From Macrostomum lignano (Eukaryota): a DNA stretch of 64,000 nt. Of this stretch, positions 42,501 through 57,800 are shown piece by piece. The notes beneath the pieces are model-generated. The model had not been told where the DNA came from, ran no database searches, and saw only the letters and a list, made by a program, of their open reading frames with translations. How positions within the stretch are numbered: the first letter of the stretch is position 1; every line of letters begins with the position of its first letter. Location of the stretch: assembly GCA_002269645.1 (NCBI GenBank), contig NIVC01001388.1:186001-250000 (forward strand), written 5' to 3'. Both the position numbers and the translations under genes were made by a program.

Positions 42501-45500
42501 TTGTATGCATTTAGCTAAAATAGGATTTGCATTCAATATGCACTACTATACAATCTAGACCCTGACTTAAGGTTTAATACAATTAGTATATAATTGTAGT
42601 ATACTCTAAGGTCCTTGATGCATAAGCCATGTGATGCGATTTTCTTAGCAAAATTTTTAATATAAATTTTTTGTCTTTTAAATTTCCCTGCATTTCTTAT
42701 GTAGTAGAAATATATATATATATTGTATATACATTTTGTGGGCCACACTCAAAGATGCTGTTCTTGGAGAAATCTCATATGCAACAAGGTCCTAGACAAT
42801 CTAGTACCATGTGCAAAATGTCCATTAGGGAGTTGGCAAAGTTTTTTTGGTGTGTGCTACTGTGCTAAAACTTTGGCATGACATGACATTACTGTCAAAA
42901 CCATGCACTATGCCATATGAATTTTTGTGGCTTTAAAACATGATATTATATTTTTAATTTTTTTAGTTTTTGTTTATCTGTATATATAGTAGTTTTGAAT
43001 ACTTTGTTAGATATTGAACCTACCTAGCCTCCTATAGTCTATTAATCATAACCCTATACATGGCATTTAGTTTGAGGGTTAGGGTATAAAAACAGTGCAC
43101 AGACAATATATAGACAATGAAAAAAATCCAAAATATTTTGGCATATACATACATTTTGGCACATCTTAACAATGGGTTTGAAGCTAAAGGTTTATGGACA
43201 AATTTTTATATCTAAATTGGCTTAAAATATTTGTCAATTTTCATATTACACAATAAAAAGTAACTATTATAATTGTTTTATTGCTGTTAAAATCCTTCTA
43301 ATTTTGCAAAAACTTTTTTTCACATCAAATAAGCAATGCTTGATTTATAATATAAATTATAATAAAATGTATACTTAGGGATAGGTAGTGGCATAGAGAT
43401 GGATAATCTCCGGCTTATTCCTTTAGCTTAAGACTAAAGTAGTTGTAATTGTAATAGTTAAGTGACAATCAATTACAAATTATTAATGCATATTGCAATA
43501 GAGCATTATGGCCTACTTGTGGCTTCTTGCCCTTTGTAATAGTATGTTACTGCATAGATAGATTATGCATAACATAAATGCCACAATTAGGTCATAATGA
43601 TCTATTGTATTATAATAATTTTTTATACTTGAACAATAAAGAAGATATTTTGGTTGCTAGAGTAACTGGAGATGAAAGACACACTATATGATGCACTATT
43701 GAAATGATGAAAAATGAAAAGCTGCTCTGGGTTGATATATTTATAAGCTGAGTGAAAGTGTAACAATTCATGTGAGCATAATGTGGTGTGGGGCGATTGG
43801 TGGAGAGTGAAAGTGGTGCAATCAATAGTTAGGGACTGTACTGTACATATGAGCAAAATAAATATTCCAACCTAATTGAATGTACATGTAGCTATTGCAA
43901 ACAAACCCCAGACGCAAAGTGCAAGAAATACCACAAGACATTGGCAGCTCCAGAACATATTTTAACATTGATAGATTTTTCCCCAATGCTATTGTTAATT
44001 AAGTCTAATGGAGTTAAAAATAAGATATATTTTATTTAAATGTTTTAAAGGTTTTATGTTTATATTTAGTGTAATTAATTTCTTGATATCTGCTTACTTG
44101 CACAAACATCTCCCTGAATTCTGCTCCTTAGGATATTTATTAATGACTTTACAACTACATTTTATTTGCCAGAAGTTGTTCCTGCTGCCCCGCCTGCGCC
44201 GGCTTATGCTAAGCGACAATCTGCTCACTAGAGTACCCGATGGCATTGGCAGCTTGGTGAAACTGCAGGAGCTGGACATCAGTAGAAATGGTTCGTCATT
44301 TTCAGTTCTAATTTAATTTTATGCAAATAGCATTGCGCTGAACAATGCAATCGTCAGGATTAGAAAGTCAAAGGGCTCTTGGGCATGCATAGGTAATCTT
44401 TATAGTTTATTCTCTATCTAAAAACATTTCAGACATCACGGAGATTAGCGAACGAATTAAATTATGCGTCGCCCTGGTGTCTGTGGACCTGTGCAGCAAC
44501 CCAATTAAGACGTGAGACTGAGCTTAGCTTAATTAGCTTTGATTGAAGTTTAACCAAGTTTCACCTGTTCAAGCACCTTGCATTGAAAACTCAACTAAAA
44601 ATTGTTTTGAATTTCAGCTTGCCCAAAGGTTTGTTCTTATTAAAGAATTTGGCCAATCTCAACATGAATGACATTGGCTTGACTGAATTGCCTGCTGGCA
44701 TTGGCAAGTAAGCATAATGCTTGATTTTGTTATTCCTGCATTCGAACTTTAAAAAAATGTATTTTAGCAACTGATAATCTAAAACATATACAGGAGTGAA
44801 TACAGTGTTCAGTCCAAGGACTGGGGGGGGAGGTCGCCACACACACCCTCAATTACCCCAGCTAATGCTGGCACCCATTTTACAGCTGGGTGAACTGAAG
44901 CAATGCAGAGTTAAGTGTCTTGCTTAATGACACAAATTGTTGCGAGTGGGATCGGGAATCGAACCCCCGTCTTTTCAGTTGTGAGTCCGACGCTCTGACC
45001 ACTAGGCTACAAGCCCCTGTTGCCTCAGTCCAGCCAGCATGGATTAACAAGCAGAATGGATTGCTAGTCTAGCCAACATGGATTAACAAGCAGAATGGAT
45101 TGCTAGTCTAGCCAACATGGATGAATAGAATGGATTGCTAGTCTAGCCAACATGGATGAATAGAATGGATTGCTAGTCTAGCCAACATGGATGAATAAAA
45201 TGGATTGCTAGTCTAGCCAACATGGATGAATAGAATGGATTGCTAGTCTAGCCCGCTTGCATCTCTCCCCCTGCCCCTCCGTCTTCCATCCAGCCTGGTT
45301 AATCTCCGGCGCCTCGAGCTGCGTGACAATGTGCTCGAGCAGCTTCCCAGCAGCCTTGGCAACCTGCGCCGCCTGGAGATGCTGGACCTCGGCAGCAACG
45401 AGTTCGAGCGCCTGCCCGAGGCCGTGTGCTCTCTGTCTGCCCTGCAGGAGCTGTTTGTTGACTCCAATCATCTGCAGGAGTTTCCGGTTAACTTCGCGAA

Positions 45501-48500
45501 GAATCTGCCGAAATTGCAGCAATTAGACGCGTCGGATAACCAGCTGCAGCAGGTTCGCTTGGGTGCTCGATTGGTCTGGGGTATGGGGATATTTATCCCC
45601 CTGGAGATTCGATTCCTAGGGTTTTATGCCTTGGAGATTCGATTCTTGGGATATTTATCCCCCTGGAGATTCGATTCTTAGATTTTATCCCTTGGAGATT
45701 TGTTCTTGGGATTTTATCCCTTGGAGATTTCATTCTTGGGATTTTATCCCTTGGAGATTCAATTCTTAGATTTTATCCCTTGGAGATTTCATTCTTGGGA
45801 TTTTATCCCTTGGAGATTCAATTCTTAGATTTTATCCCTTGGAGATTTCATTCTTGGGATTTTATCCCTTGTAGATTCGATTCTTGGGATTTTATCCCTT
45901 GGAGATTTCATTCTTGGGATTTTATCCCTTGGAGATTTCATTCTTGGGATTTTATCCCTTGGAGATTCAATTCTTAGATTTTATCCCTTGGAGATTTCAT
46001 TCTTGGGATTTTATCCCTTGGAGATTCAATTCTTAGATTTTATCCCTTGGAGATTTCATTCTTGGGATTTTATCCCTTGTAGATACGATTCTTGGGATTT
46101 TATCCCTTGGAGATTTCATTCTTGAGATATTTATCCCCCTGGAGATTTGATTCTTAGGATTTTATCCCTTGGAGATTTGTTCTTGGGATATTCATCCCCC
46201 CGGAGATTCGATTCTTGGGATTTTATATTTTTGGAAATTCGATTGTTGGGATTTTTCAGGTCCCATCAGGGAATCGGATATCTTATTGTATCGGAAAAAG
46301 GGATTATTTGAAATTGGGATTATTTGAAATTGGGATTATCATCCTTTTGTAGATTTTAGTTTAGTTTAGTTTAGTTTAGTTTAGATTTTAGTTTAGTTTA
46401 GTTTGTTACCATTGAAGTCTATGATTTTTTAATTGCTTAAAGAATGGAGTTTTTTATCCTATTGGAAATTGGGATTTTAGTCATAACTGTGATTCTGTTT
46501 TTTATCCCATCCCAACCCAGCTAATTTAAGAACCTTTCTTTTTGATTATCAGCTGCCTGAAAACCTGGGCAGCCTGTCCAGTCTCACCGACCTGTCGCTA
46601 AAGTCCAACTCGATTCAGAAGCTGCCAAAAAGCATCGGCCAGCTGCTCAAGTTGAGCATACTTCGCCTTGAGCAGAACAATATTGACAGCCTGCCTAATG
46701 AGATAGGACAGTGAGTGATTTATTGGGCCGGTAATTTGTGTTCTGGTAGATTGCTAGTCTAAGCATCAGTGAAGGAATATAATGGATCTAGATATCTAAT
46801 CTAGATACTAACTAGATATTAGATACTGCTAATCTAGCCAACATCAATTAAGGAATAGAATGGATTCCTAATCTAGATATCATTAATTATGGAATAGAAT
46901 GGATTGCTAATCTAGATACCATCAGTTAAGGAATAGAATGGATTGCTAATCTAGATACCATCAGTTAAGGAATAGAATGGATTGCTAATCTAGATACCAT
47001 CAGTTAAGGAATAGAATGGATGGCTAATCTAGCCAACATCACTGAAGGAACAGAATGGATTGCTAATCTAGCCAACATCACTGAAGGAATAGAATGGATT
47101 GCTAATCTAGCCAATATCAATGAAGGAATAGAATGGATTGCTAATCTAGCCAATATCAATGAAGGAATAGAATGGATTGCTAATCTGGATATCATCAATT
47201 AAGGAATAGAATGGATTGCTAATCTAGCCAACATCAATTAAGGAATAGAATGGATGGCTAATCTAGATATCATCAATTAAGGAATAGAATGGATTGCTAA
47301 TCTAGATACCATCAGTTAAGGAATAGAATGGATGGCTAATCTAGCCAACATCACTGAAGGAACAGAATGGATTGCTAATCTAGCCAACATCACTGAAGGA
47401 ATAGAATGGATTGCTAATCTAGCCAATATCAATGAAGGAATAGAATGGATTGCTAATCTAGCCAATATCAATGAAGGAATAGAATGGATTGCTAATCTAG
47501 CCAATATCAATGAAGGAATGGAATGGATTGCTAATCTAGCCAATATCAATGAAGGAATAGAATGGATTGCTAATCTGGATATCATCAATTAAGGAATAGA
47601 ATAGATGGCTAATCTAGATATCATCAATTAAGGAACAGAATGGATTGCTAATCTAGCCAATATCCATGAAGGAACAGAATGGATTGCTAATCTATGTACG
47701 AGCATATTGTTAAAACTTGGACACAACCTACTCTAATTGCCATTTCAGATGCGTGGAGTTGCAAGAATTGCATTTGGCTGAAAACAAACTAAGGGTAAGT
47801 CCGGCCTTATTTTAGTCAAAGCAGACAGGCATGTCTCGAATGCAGTTCGATTCGGGTTGAATAAAAACTGTGGCAATCAACTTGCAGACTCTGCCAGCGT
47901 CCATTGGCTCGTGGGGGAAGCTGATTAACTTAAATACGGACAGAAACATGCTGGCTGCCCTGCCCGTTCAGGTGCGTTTTTTTTGGGCTATTCTGTTTAT
48001 TGTTTTCTTAATTATACCGTCAGAGTTGCCAACAATCTCCCCTAGACTACTATAATCTCCCCTAGGTTACTATAATCTCCCCTAGACTACTAGAATCTCC
48101 CCTGGGTTACTAGGATCTCCCCTAGGCTATTAGAACCGCCCCTAGACTACTAGAATCTTCCCTAGGCTATTAGAACCGCCCCTAGACTACTAGAATCTTC
48201 CCTAGACTACTAGAATCTTCCCTAGACTACTAGAATCTCCCCTAGGCTACTAGAACCGCCCCTAGACTACTAGAATTTTCTCTAGACTACTAGAATCTCC
48301 CCTAGGTTACTAGAATCTCCCCTAGGCTACTAGAATCTTCCCTAGACTACTAGAATCTTCCCTAGACTACTAGAATCTTCCCTAGACTACTAGAATCTCC
48401 CCTAGACTACTATAATCTCCCCTAGGTTACTATAATCTCCCCTAGGCTACTAGAATCGCCCTTAGACTACAATAATCTCCCCTATAGACTACTAGAATCT

Positions 48501-51103
48501 CCCCTAGACTACTAGAATCTTCCCTAGACTACTAGAATCTCCCCTAGGCTACTAGAACCGCCCCTAGACTACTAGAATTTTCTCTAGACTACTAGAATCT
48601 CCCCTAGGTTACTAGAATCTCCCCTAGGCTACTAGAATCTTCCCTAGACTACTAGAATCTTCCCTAGACTACTAGAATCTCCCCTAGACTACTATAATCT
48701 CCCCTAGGTTACTATAATCTCCCCTAGACTACTAGAATCTCCCCTGGGTTACTAGGATCTCCCCTAGGCTATTAGAACCGCCCCTAGACTACTAGAATCT
48801 TCCCTAGGCTATTAGAACCGCCCCTAGACTACTAGAATCTTCCCTAGACTACTAGAATCTTCCCTAGACTACTAGAATCTCCCCTAGGCTACTAGAACCG
48901 CCCCTAGACTACTAGAATTTTCTCTAGACTACTAGAATCTCCCCTAGGTTACTAGAATCTCCCCTAGGCTACTAGAATCTTCCCTAGACTACTAGAATCT
49001 TCCCTAGACTACTAGAATCTTCCCTAGACTACTAGAATCTCCCCTAGACTACTATAATCTCCCCTAGGTTACTATAATCTCCCCTAGGCTACTAGAATCG
49101 CCCTTAGACTACAATAATCTCCCCTATAGACTACTAGAATCTCCCCTAGACTACTAGAATCTTCCCTAGACTACTAGAATCTCCCCTAGGCTACTAGAAC
49201 CGCCCCTAGACTACTAGAATTTTCTCTAGACTACTAGAATCTCCCCTAGGTTACTAGAATCTCCCCTAGGCTACTAGAATCTTCCCTAGACTACTAGAAT
49301 CTTCCCTAGACTACTAGAATCTCCCCTAGACTACTATAATCTCCCCTAGGTTACTATAATCTCCCCTAGGCTACTAGAATCGCCCTTAGACTACAATAAT
49401 CTCCCCTATAGACTACTAGAATCTCCCCTAGACTACTAGAATCTTCCCTAGACTACTAGAATCTCCCCTAGGCTACTAGAACCGCCCCTAGACTACTAGA
49501 ATTTTCTCTAGACTACTAGAATCTCCCCTAGGTTACTAGAATCTCCCCTAGGCTACTAGAATCTTCCCTAGACTACTAGAATCTTCCCTAGACTACTAGA
49601 ATCTCCCCTAGACTACTATAATCTCCCCTAGGTTACTATAATCTCCCCTAGGCTACTAGAATCGCCCTTAGACTACAATAATCTCCCCTATAGACTACTA
49701 GAATCTCCCCTAGACTACTAGAATCTCTCCTAGACTACTAGAATCTCTCCTAGACTACTAGAATCTCCCCTATAGACTAATAAAATCTCCCTTAGACTAC
49801 TAGAATCTCCCCTAGACTACTAGAATAGCCCCGAACGCAGATTAAAGAGCTGTCACTGATCTCATACTTATCAACTCACTTTGATGCAGCTCTGCAGCCT
49901 CCGAAAACTGCACATTCTGAGCCTTCGCGACAACCACATCAGCTCTCTACCCTCGGACATGGGCAGCCTGAAAGCGCTCAAAGTCTTAGATCTGGTTGGC
50001 AACCATTTGAAAGCTTTGCCAGCCTCTCTAGCCAGCTGTCGCCTCACCGCCCTGTGGCTGTCTGATCAGCAGACTCAGCCGCTGGTGTCCCTACAGACTG
50101 CAGGCAGCAAAACTAGCGGCTCAGAGCTCACCTGCTACCTGCTGCCCCAGGCTCGAGCCCCTGATCACGACTGCGAAAGTGTTAATAATGATAATAGCGC
50201 CGCTTCAGTTTCACTGGCCGCTGCCGCCCTGTCTGATGGATCCACGTCGGCCTCAGCTTCCCCGCCGCCTCATCAAGGTGTTAGTCAGCATCAGCTGGAC
50301 TCTCAGGTGCGATAACGTTTAGGGGAACTGGGGAAATCATAACGATAATTAGGGGAATCCCAAACTGGGGAATCATAGTGATAATTGGGGGAATCCCAAA
50401 CTGGGGAATCATAGTGATAATTAGGGGAATCCCAAACTGGGGAATCATAGTGATAATTAGGGGAATCCCAAACTGGGGAATCATAGTGATAATTAGGGGA
50501 ATCCCAAACTGGGGAATCATAGTGATAATTGGGGGAATCCCAAATTGGGGACTCATAGTGATAACTAGGAGAATCCCAAACTGGGGAATCATAATGATAA
50601 TTGGGGGAATCCCAAACTGGGGAATCATAAATGATAATTGGGGGAATCCCAAACTGGGGAATCATAAATGATAATTGGGGGAATTCCACACTGGAGAACT
50701 ATATTGTAAATCCAAACCTTGTGTAAACGTCTATTCAACTATTGATCTTCCATGTATGGATCAGCGTAATAAAAATATTTTTCTTCCCATTTCCACCCAG
50801 ATTTCCGCAGCCTCAGCGGCGAGCGCCAGCGGCGCCGGCGCCGTTGCTAAACAACGCGGCGCCGTGAAATACGCCAAGCGCCTGGTGGACGGGCCGGTTA
50901 TTCCCCACGCGCCCGGCGGCCACCCCAAGGAGCTGAGCTTCTCGCCTAGGCGGATCTCCCCGGCTCCCAGCGACCCAGAGATCGGCGGTGGCGCTCCGGC
51001 GGCACCAGGACGACTGGCCAGGGAGTCCTCGGGTAAGTGGCTGGACTGGCGCGTCTGGCGCTGACTTTGTGTGTGTGTCTGAATGTCTGTCTGTCTGTCT
51101 TAG

Positions 51104-51189
<86 letters not shown>

Positions 51190-51250
51190 GTGTCTGTGTG
51201 TCTGTCTGTCTGTTTGTCTGTCTGTGTGTCTGTGTGTCTGTCTGTCTGTG

Positions 51251-51293
<43 letters not shown>

Positions 51294-51294
51294 G

Positions 51295-51353
<59 letters not shown>

Positions 51354-51733
51354 GTGTCTGTCTGTTGAAAAAATACTAAACTAAAGACTATTTAATTGGA
51401 GTTAAATTGAAGGAGCAGGATGAGCAGGAAGAGCAGTAAGTGGGCGCAGGGCCCAAACCGATATATTTATAGAACATTTAACTTTGGGGGGTTGAGCCCA
51501 GAATAATAAGGAGAGGGGGTGGAGTGCGCGACTGAGGAAAGAGGCGAGAACGGAGAGCCAATCAGAACGCAGCAAGGGAGAGAGAGATAAGAATAACAAG
51601 ATTGAGCTAGACAGAGAGAGAGAAAACGGAGTAAACAGAGACAATTGAAGGTGAACTAAGAAATGACTAGGAAAGTCGCGACATCAGACAGCAGACGGCA
51701 GACGACAGACAGCAGTCTGTCTGTCTGTCTGTG

Positions 51734-51792
<59 letters not shown>

Positions 51793-51793
51793 G

Positions 51794-51856
<63 letters not shown>

Positions 51857-54800
51857 GTGTCTGTCTGTCTGTCTGTCTGTGTGTCTGTCTATAATTCCGG
51901 TTTAAGCATCTCAGCAGTCGCAGTGGTGCATTGATGTTGCCAGCTCATCCACCCCAGCAGCTGTGCTGGCAGGGTGCAGCTGACTCTGAAACCACATCAG
52001 GCCATGGCGCCAGCTATATTCATGCGACTCCGTGTATTCACTTTTAGACTCGGATTCCAGCGGTTTCGAGGCTGACAGAAGCCGATAGATTCGACAGCTT
52101 TACTTTTATTAAATACCAAAAAATTAAATATTAAATACTTGAAAATTTAAACGCCAAGTGTTTCATTTGTTTGTTTATGACTTACTGGAATAATTATAAA
52201 AAAAATTAGAGTTTAAGCAGTTTTTAATTTTTATACTTTATTGATAAAAAAACAGTCTTTTATCGCTGGCTCAATGCGTTCTGTTTCGCTATTTGAAATG
52301 CTCATTGTTCCCTGTTTAGTTGGCTCCACTGCGTCATTGTCTACTGTTTCAAGTTTCTTTGTTGACTTATTTAATGATTTAAATGATGTTGTTTTTTATC
52401 CCGTTGGCTCTCAATTAATCCCAATTCCTACCTGCTGCAGTTCCGATTGGCATATCGCATTCCGCTCGAGTACCGCACGCTGCTTCCGCGTCTCCATGGC
52501 AACAACAGCAGCAGCAGCAGCGCACGGTGCCGGTCATTCGGTTCAACTCTTTGGAGAAGGAAAGGGGCGGCACAGTTGGCCAGGAAGATGCTGTGAGTTG
52601 TCTGTCCGAGCTTAAATTGAGTCTTGGACATCTTTAGATCTTGTAGACATACTCGTACATCTTGTGATCAGACGCTCGGAGATCTAGAGATTAGATACTC
52701 AAGAACATCTAGAGAATAGATACTCGGACATCTAGAAATTAGATACTCGGACATATCTAGACCAGATACTCAGGCATCTATAGACCAGATACTCGGACAT
52801 CTCTAGACCAGATACTAGACATGTATAGACCAGATACTCGGACATCTATAGACCAGATACTAGACACCTAGAGACCAGATACTCAGACATCTATAGACCA
52901 GATACTCAGACATCTATAGACCAGGTACTCAGACATCTATAGACCAGATACTCAGACATCTATAGACCAGATACTCAGACATCTATAGACCAGATACTCG
53001 GACATCTAGAGATTGGCACAGACAGAGTACATGCCTGATGATTAGAAGTCAGGACCGCTGTACACCTTGGGTGAGCTTTATGTATGAGTGCGTGCGTACG
53101 CTTGCATCTGCTCAGGAGTCGGCGTAATGGGCAGAATTGCCCCAGCGCTGGTTGCAAATTAGTAAATCTACTATGCAAAGGAAATTCAATACTTTAAATT
53201 CACTGAGGCCAAATGAATCTGCCTGCCCATACGCTGGCAATATTGTCAGGAAAGTTCATTGTGTCTTGTTCTAAACTGCCCGTCACAGAGATATATATAG
53301 AGAGAGAGATAAGTGCTGAGCCAGTGTAAATGCTGACCAGTCTGGTTGTCAATCATTTGTTTGCTGTTTGACTGGCAAAGCTTATGTCAGTCCTAAAATA
53401 TAATGTACAGTATTAACAATTAAATTTTTGCCAGTGTGTGTTGTAGGCGTCTTCATGACCACTTCAGGGGTGTTGTACAAGATTCTAATGATCGTAATGA
53501 CCCTTGGTGGCGTAGCAATTCGTGTCACTGGCCTCAACATGTGTGTCAGCACACTCAATATAGGTGTGTCAGCACACTCAATATAGGTGTGTCAGCACAC
53601 TCAGTATAGGTGTGTCAGCACACTCAGTATAGGTGTGTCAGCACACTCAGTATAGGTGTGTCAGCACACTCAGTATAGGTGTGTCAGCACACTCAGTATA
53701 GGTGTGTCAGCACACTCAGTATAGGTGTGTCAGCACACTCAATATAGGTGTGTCAGCACACTCAGTATAGGTGTGTCAGCACACTCAGTACAAGTGTGTC
53801 AGCACACTCAATATAGATGTGTCAGCACACTCAATATAGGTGTGTCAGCATGCACAATCAATATAGGTGTGTCAGCACACTCAGTATAGGTGTGTCAGCA
53901 CACTCAGTATAAGTGTGTCAGCACACTCAATATAGGTGTGTCAGCACACTCAGTACAAGTGTGTCAGCACACTCAATATAGATGTGTCAGCACACTCAAT
54001 ATAGGTGTGTCAGCATGCACAATCAATATAGGTGTGTCAGCACACTCAGTATAGGTGTGTCAGCACACTCAGTATAAGTGTGTCAGCACACTCAATATAG
54101 GTGTGTCAGCACACTCAGAAGTGTGTCAGCACACCAGTATACATGTGTCAGCACACTCAGAAGTGTGTCAGCACACCAGTATACATGTGTCAGCACACTC
54201 AGAAGTGTGTCAGCACACCAGTATACATGTGTCAGCACACTCAGAAGTGTGTCAGCACACCAGTATACATGTGTCAGCACACCAGTATACATGTGTCAGC
54301 ACACTCAAAAGTGTGTCAGCACACCAGTATACGTGTCAGCACACTCAAAAGTGTGTCAGCACACCAGTATACATGTGTCAGCACACTCAGCAGCCTTACT
54401 GTCCTGACCCCGCAGGCGGCAGGTGAACTGGCCTCCACAGGCAGCGGCGGCAGTGGGGCAGCCTTCCGGCACGTCGGTTTCGCTGGCGAACTGGCCGACA
54501 ACGAGTCAAAGAGCAGCGGCTGGAAGCGCCGGGACACGCCGCACTACAATAAGAATGCGAAAATCACCAAGTGCCAGGACTCCGAGTTCGCTGCCCAGCT
54601 GCTGCAGAAGTACGGAGCCGGCGGCAGGCGCGCGGTGTCGGAGTCAAGCGGCGGCGGCGCCAGCGCTCGAAGCCCCAGCGAGGCCGGCGATGGTTACGAA
54701 TTCGACGCGGCGTCCCTGTCGGCGGTTGCCAAGCAGCAGCTCACGGTTGTGTTGGAGAGGCAGGCGGGCGCGCAGCTGGGTCTCAGCATCGCTGGCGGTG

Positions 54801-57800
54801 TGGGATCGCAGCCGTGGCTGCCTGAAGATAATGGCATTTTCCTGAGCAAGGTCGGGTCCGATATCTGTGTCAGGCTTCTTCTCTTCCGAACCACCGCTGC
54901 CCTCCCAGATCCGCCGTTGCTGGGCCAGCCTCCCAGAGTGTCAGTTGTTGGCCCAGCCTCCCAGAGTGTCAGTTGTTGGCCCAGCCTCCCAGAGTGTCAG
55001 TTGTTGGCCCAGCCTCCCAGAGTGTCAGTTGCTGGGCCAGCCTCCCAGAGTTTCAGTTGCTGGCCCAGCCTCCCAGAGTGTCAGTTGCTGGGCCAGCCTC
55101 CCAGAGTGTCAGTTGTTGGCCCAGCCTCCCAGAGTGTCAGTTGCTGGCCCAGCCTCCCAGAGTGTCAGTTGCTGGGCCAGCCTCCCAGAGTTTCAGTTGC
55201 TGGCCCAGCCTCCCAGAGTGTCAGTTGCTGGCCCAGCCTCCCAGAGTGTCAGTTGCTGGGCCAGCCTCCCAGAGTGTCAGTTGCTGGGCCAGCCTCACAG
55301 ATCCTCAGTTTCTGGCCCAGCCTCCCAGAGTGTCAGTTGCTGGGCCAGCCTCCCAGATCCTCAGTTTCTGGCCCAGCCTCCCAGAGTGTCAGTTGCTGGG
55401 CCAGCCTCCCAGATTCTTGGTTGCTGGGCCAGCCTCCCAGATTCTTGGTTGCTGGGCCAGCCTCCCAGATTCTTGGTTGCTGGGCCAGCCTCCCAGATTC
55501 TTGGTTGCTGGGCCAGCCTCCCAGATTCTTGGTTGCTGGGCCAGCCTCCCAGATCCTCAGTTGCTGGGCATCAATAGATGATGAAATATAGCCTGCCAAA
55601 ATCCCCTCACCCCAGGTGATCGATGGTTTCCCAGCCTACTCGGCCGGCCTTCGCCCCGGTGACCGGTTGCTAAGCGTCTGCGGCGTCTCCCTGGTAACGG
55701 CCAGCCACGCCGAGGCTGTCAAAGCGATTCAGTCGGCCGGTCAGCGACTCGAGCTGCAAGTCGAGCGTCACCTGACAGTGCCAAAGGCGAGAGACGGGGA
55801 TGTCAGAGAGGAAAACAACGGAGAGCCTGCCGAAGCAGCCGAAAAAGATAAAGAAGATGAAGATAAAGACCGGCGCAGCGAGGCGGAGGCTGAGGAAGAT
55901 GAGGTTGGAGTGTAGTAGAAAATCTTTCCACTATTTTTTACTTTCCGCGCAATCAAACCAAGCCAGTACATAGGGTAAGAGTAGGGTCAGTAGGGTGAGA
56001 GTAGAGTCATTAGGGTGAGAGTAGAGTCAGTAGGGTGAGATTAAGGGCAGTAGGGTGGGTTTAAGGTCAGTAGGGTGAGATTAGTGTCAGTAGGGTAAGA
56101 TTAGGGCTAGTAGGGTGAGATTAGGGTCAGTAGGATGAGATTTAGGTCAGTAGGATGAGATTAAGGTCAGTAGGGTGAGATTAAGGTCAGTAGGGTAAGA
56201 TTAGGGCCAGTAGGGTGAGATTAGGGTCAGTAGGGTGAGATTAGGGTCAGTAGGGTAAGATTAGGGTCAGTAGGGTGAGATTAGGGTCAGTAGGGTGAGA
56301 TTAGGGTCAGTAGGGTGAGATTAGGGTCAGTAGGGTAAGATTAGGGTCAGTAGGGTAAGATTAGGGTCAGTAGGGTGAGATTAGAGTCAGTAGGGTGAGA
56401 TTCGTGTTAGATTAGGGTCAGTAGGGTGAGATTAGGGTCAGTAGGGTAAGATTAGGGTCAGTAGGGTAAGATTAGGGTCAGTAGGGTGAGAGCAGGGTCA
56501 GTATGATGAGGGTAGGGTCAGTAGGGCAAGCATTTTTAACATACTGAGCTAGACCAGAGTATTAACTTAATGCTTTACTGTTAGTAGTCATGCAGGCATT
56601 AGAAATTCTATACTTCTATACGCAATGTGTGCACAATGGCTGCATCAATGTAAATTGGATGTGCAACCGAAGTCAACGCTACAATTTGCCAATTGCAGAG
56701 CCCCAGACCTTTGCCAAGTCGGGGCAGTCTGGAGCGACTACACGATATTGGAAAATTTGGCGGCAAGAAGATAAAACGATTTCAACCAGACAACGACAAT
56801 GGCCCGGACACTGAAGCAGATGGAGATGCCGCTGAGTCGCTGTGGCTTTGTCAGGTAATAATTGGCCCCTGCATGGTATACGGCGTTGTGTGGTTTCTCA
56901 CCCTACATTTTATTGCTCAGTAGGGTGAGGGGTAGAGGGAGTAGGGTGAGGGGTAGAGGGAGTAGGGTGAGGGGTAGAGGGAGTAGGGTGAGGGGTAGAG
57001 GGAGTAGGGTGAGGGGTAGAGGGAGTAGGGTGAGGGGTAGAGGGAGTAGGGTGAGGGGTAGAGGGAGTAGGGTGAGGGGTAGAGGGAGTAGGGTGAGGGG
57101 TAGAGGGAGTAGGGTGAGGGGTAGAGGGAGTAGGGTGAGGGGTAGAGGGAGTAGGGTGAGGGGTAGAGGGAGTAGGGTGAGGGGTAGAGGGAGTAGGGTG
57201 AGGGGTAGAGGGAGTAGGGTGAGGGGTAGAGGGAGTAGGGTGAGGGGTAGAGGGAGTAGGGTGAGGGGTAGAGGGAGTAGGGTGAGGGGTAGAGGGAGTA
57301 GGGTGAGGGGTAGAGGGAGTAGGGTGAGGGGTAGAGGGAGTAGGGTGAGGGGTAGAGGGAGTAGGGTTAGGGGTAGAGGGAGTAGGGTGAGGGGTAGAGG
57401 GAGTAGGGTGAGGGTAGAGGAGTAGGGTGAGGGGTAGAGGGAGTAGGGTGAGGGGTAGAGGGAGTAGGGTGAGCAGGTTGAGAGGTAAAGTAGGCGAGGT
57501 GATAGCCACTCGCTCTCCCACAAACCACAGTCCTGTATATAAAATATCCCACCCAGCAACCGCAGCCGGCCCGAGAGCAGACCGCCCCAGTCGCCATTGA
57601 AAGCCCCGACAAGCAAGCGGCGGCTGACCAACCGGAAGAGTCGCTAGCAGACCAAGACTCGATTCCGCTCGGACCAGACGAGGTTTGCATCGAGCTGCAG
57701 CCGGACTCGAGCGGCCGGCTCGGACTGTCCATCTGCGGCAGCTGCGACCGGCCGGCGCACCCCTTCGGAGTCGGCCTGTACGTCAGCCGCCTGACCCCCG

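Noticed and set aside
51912-52030. Possible extra Scribble exon
   Set aside because: All tested acceptors give in-frame stops after the phase-1 donor at 51032.
54101-55591. 496-aa single ORF
   Set aside because: Only 54416-54850 is exon; both flanks are stop-free intronic repeats.
56862-57631. RGRGSRV and PHPTPST repeat proteins
   Set aside because: Translations of the 21-bp G-rich array.
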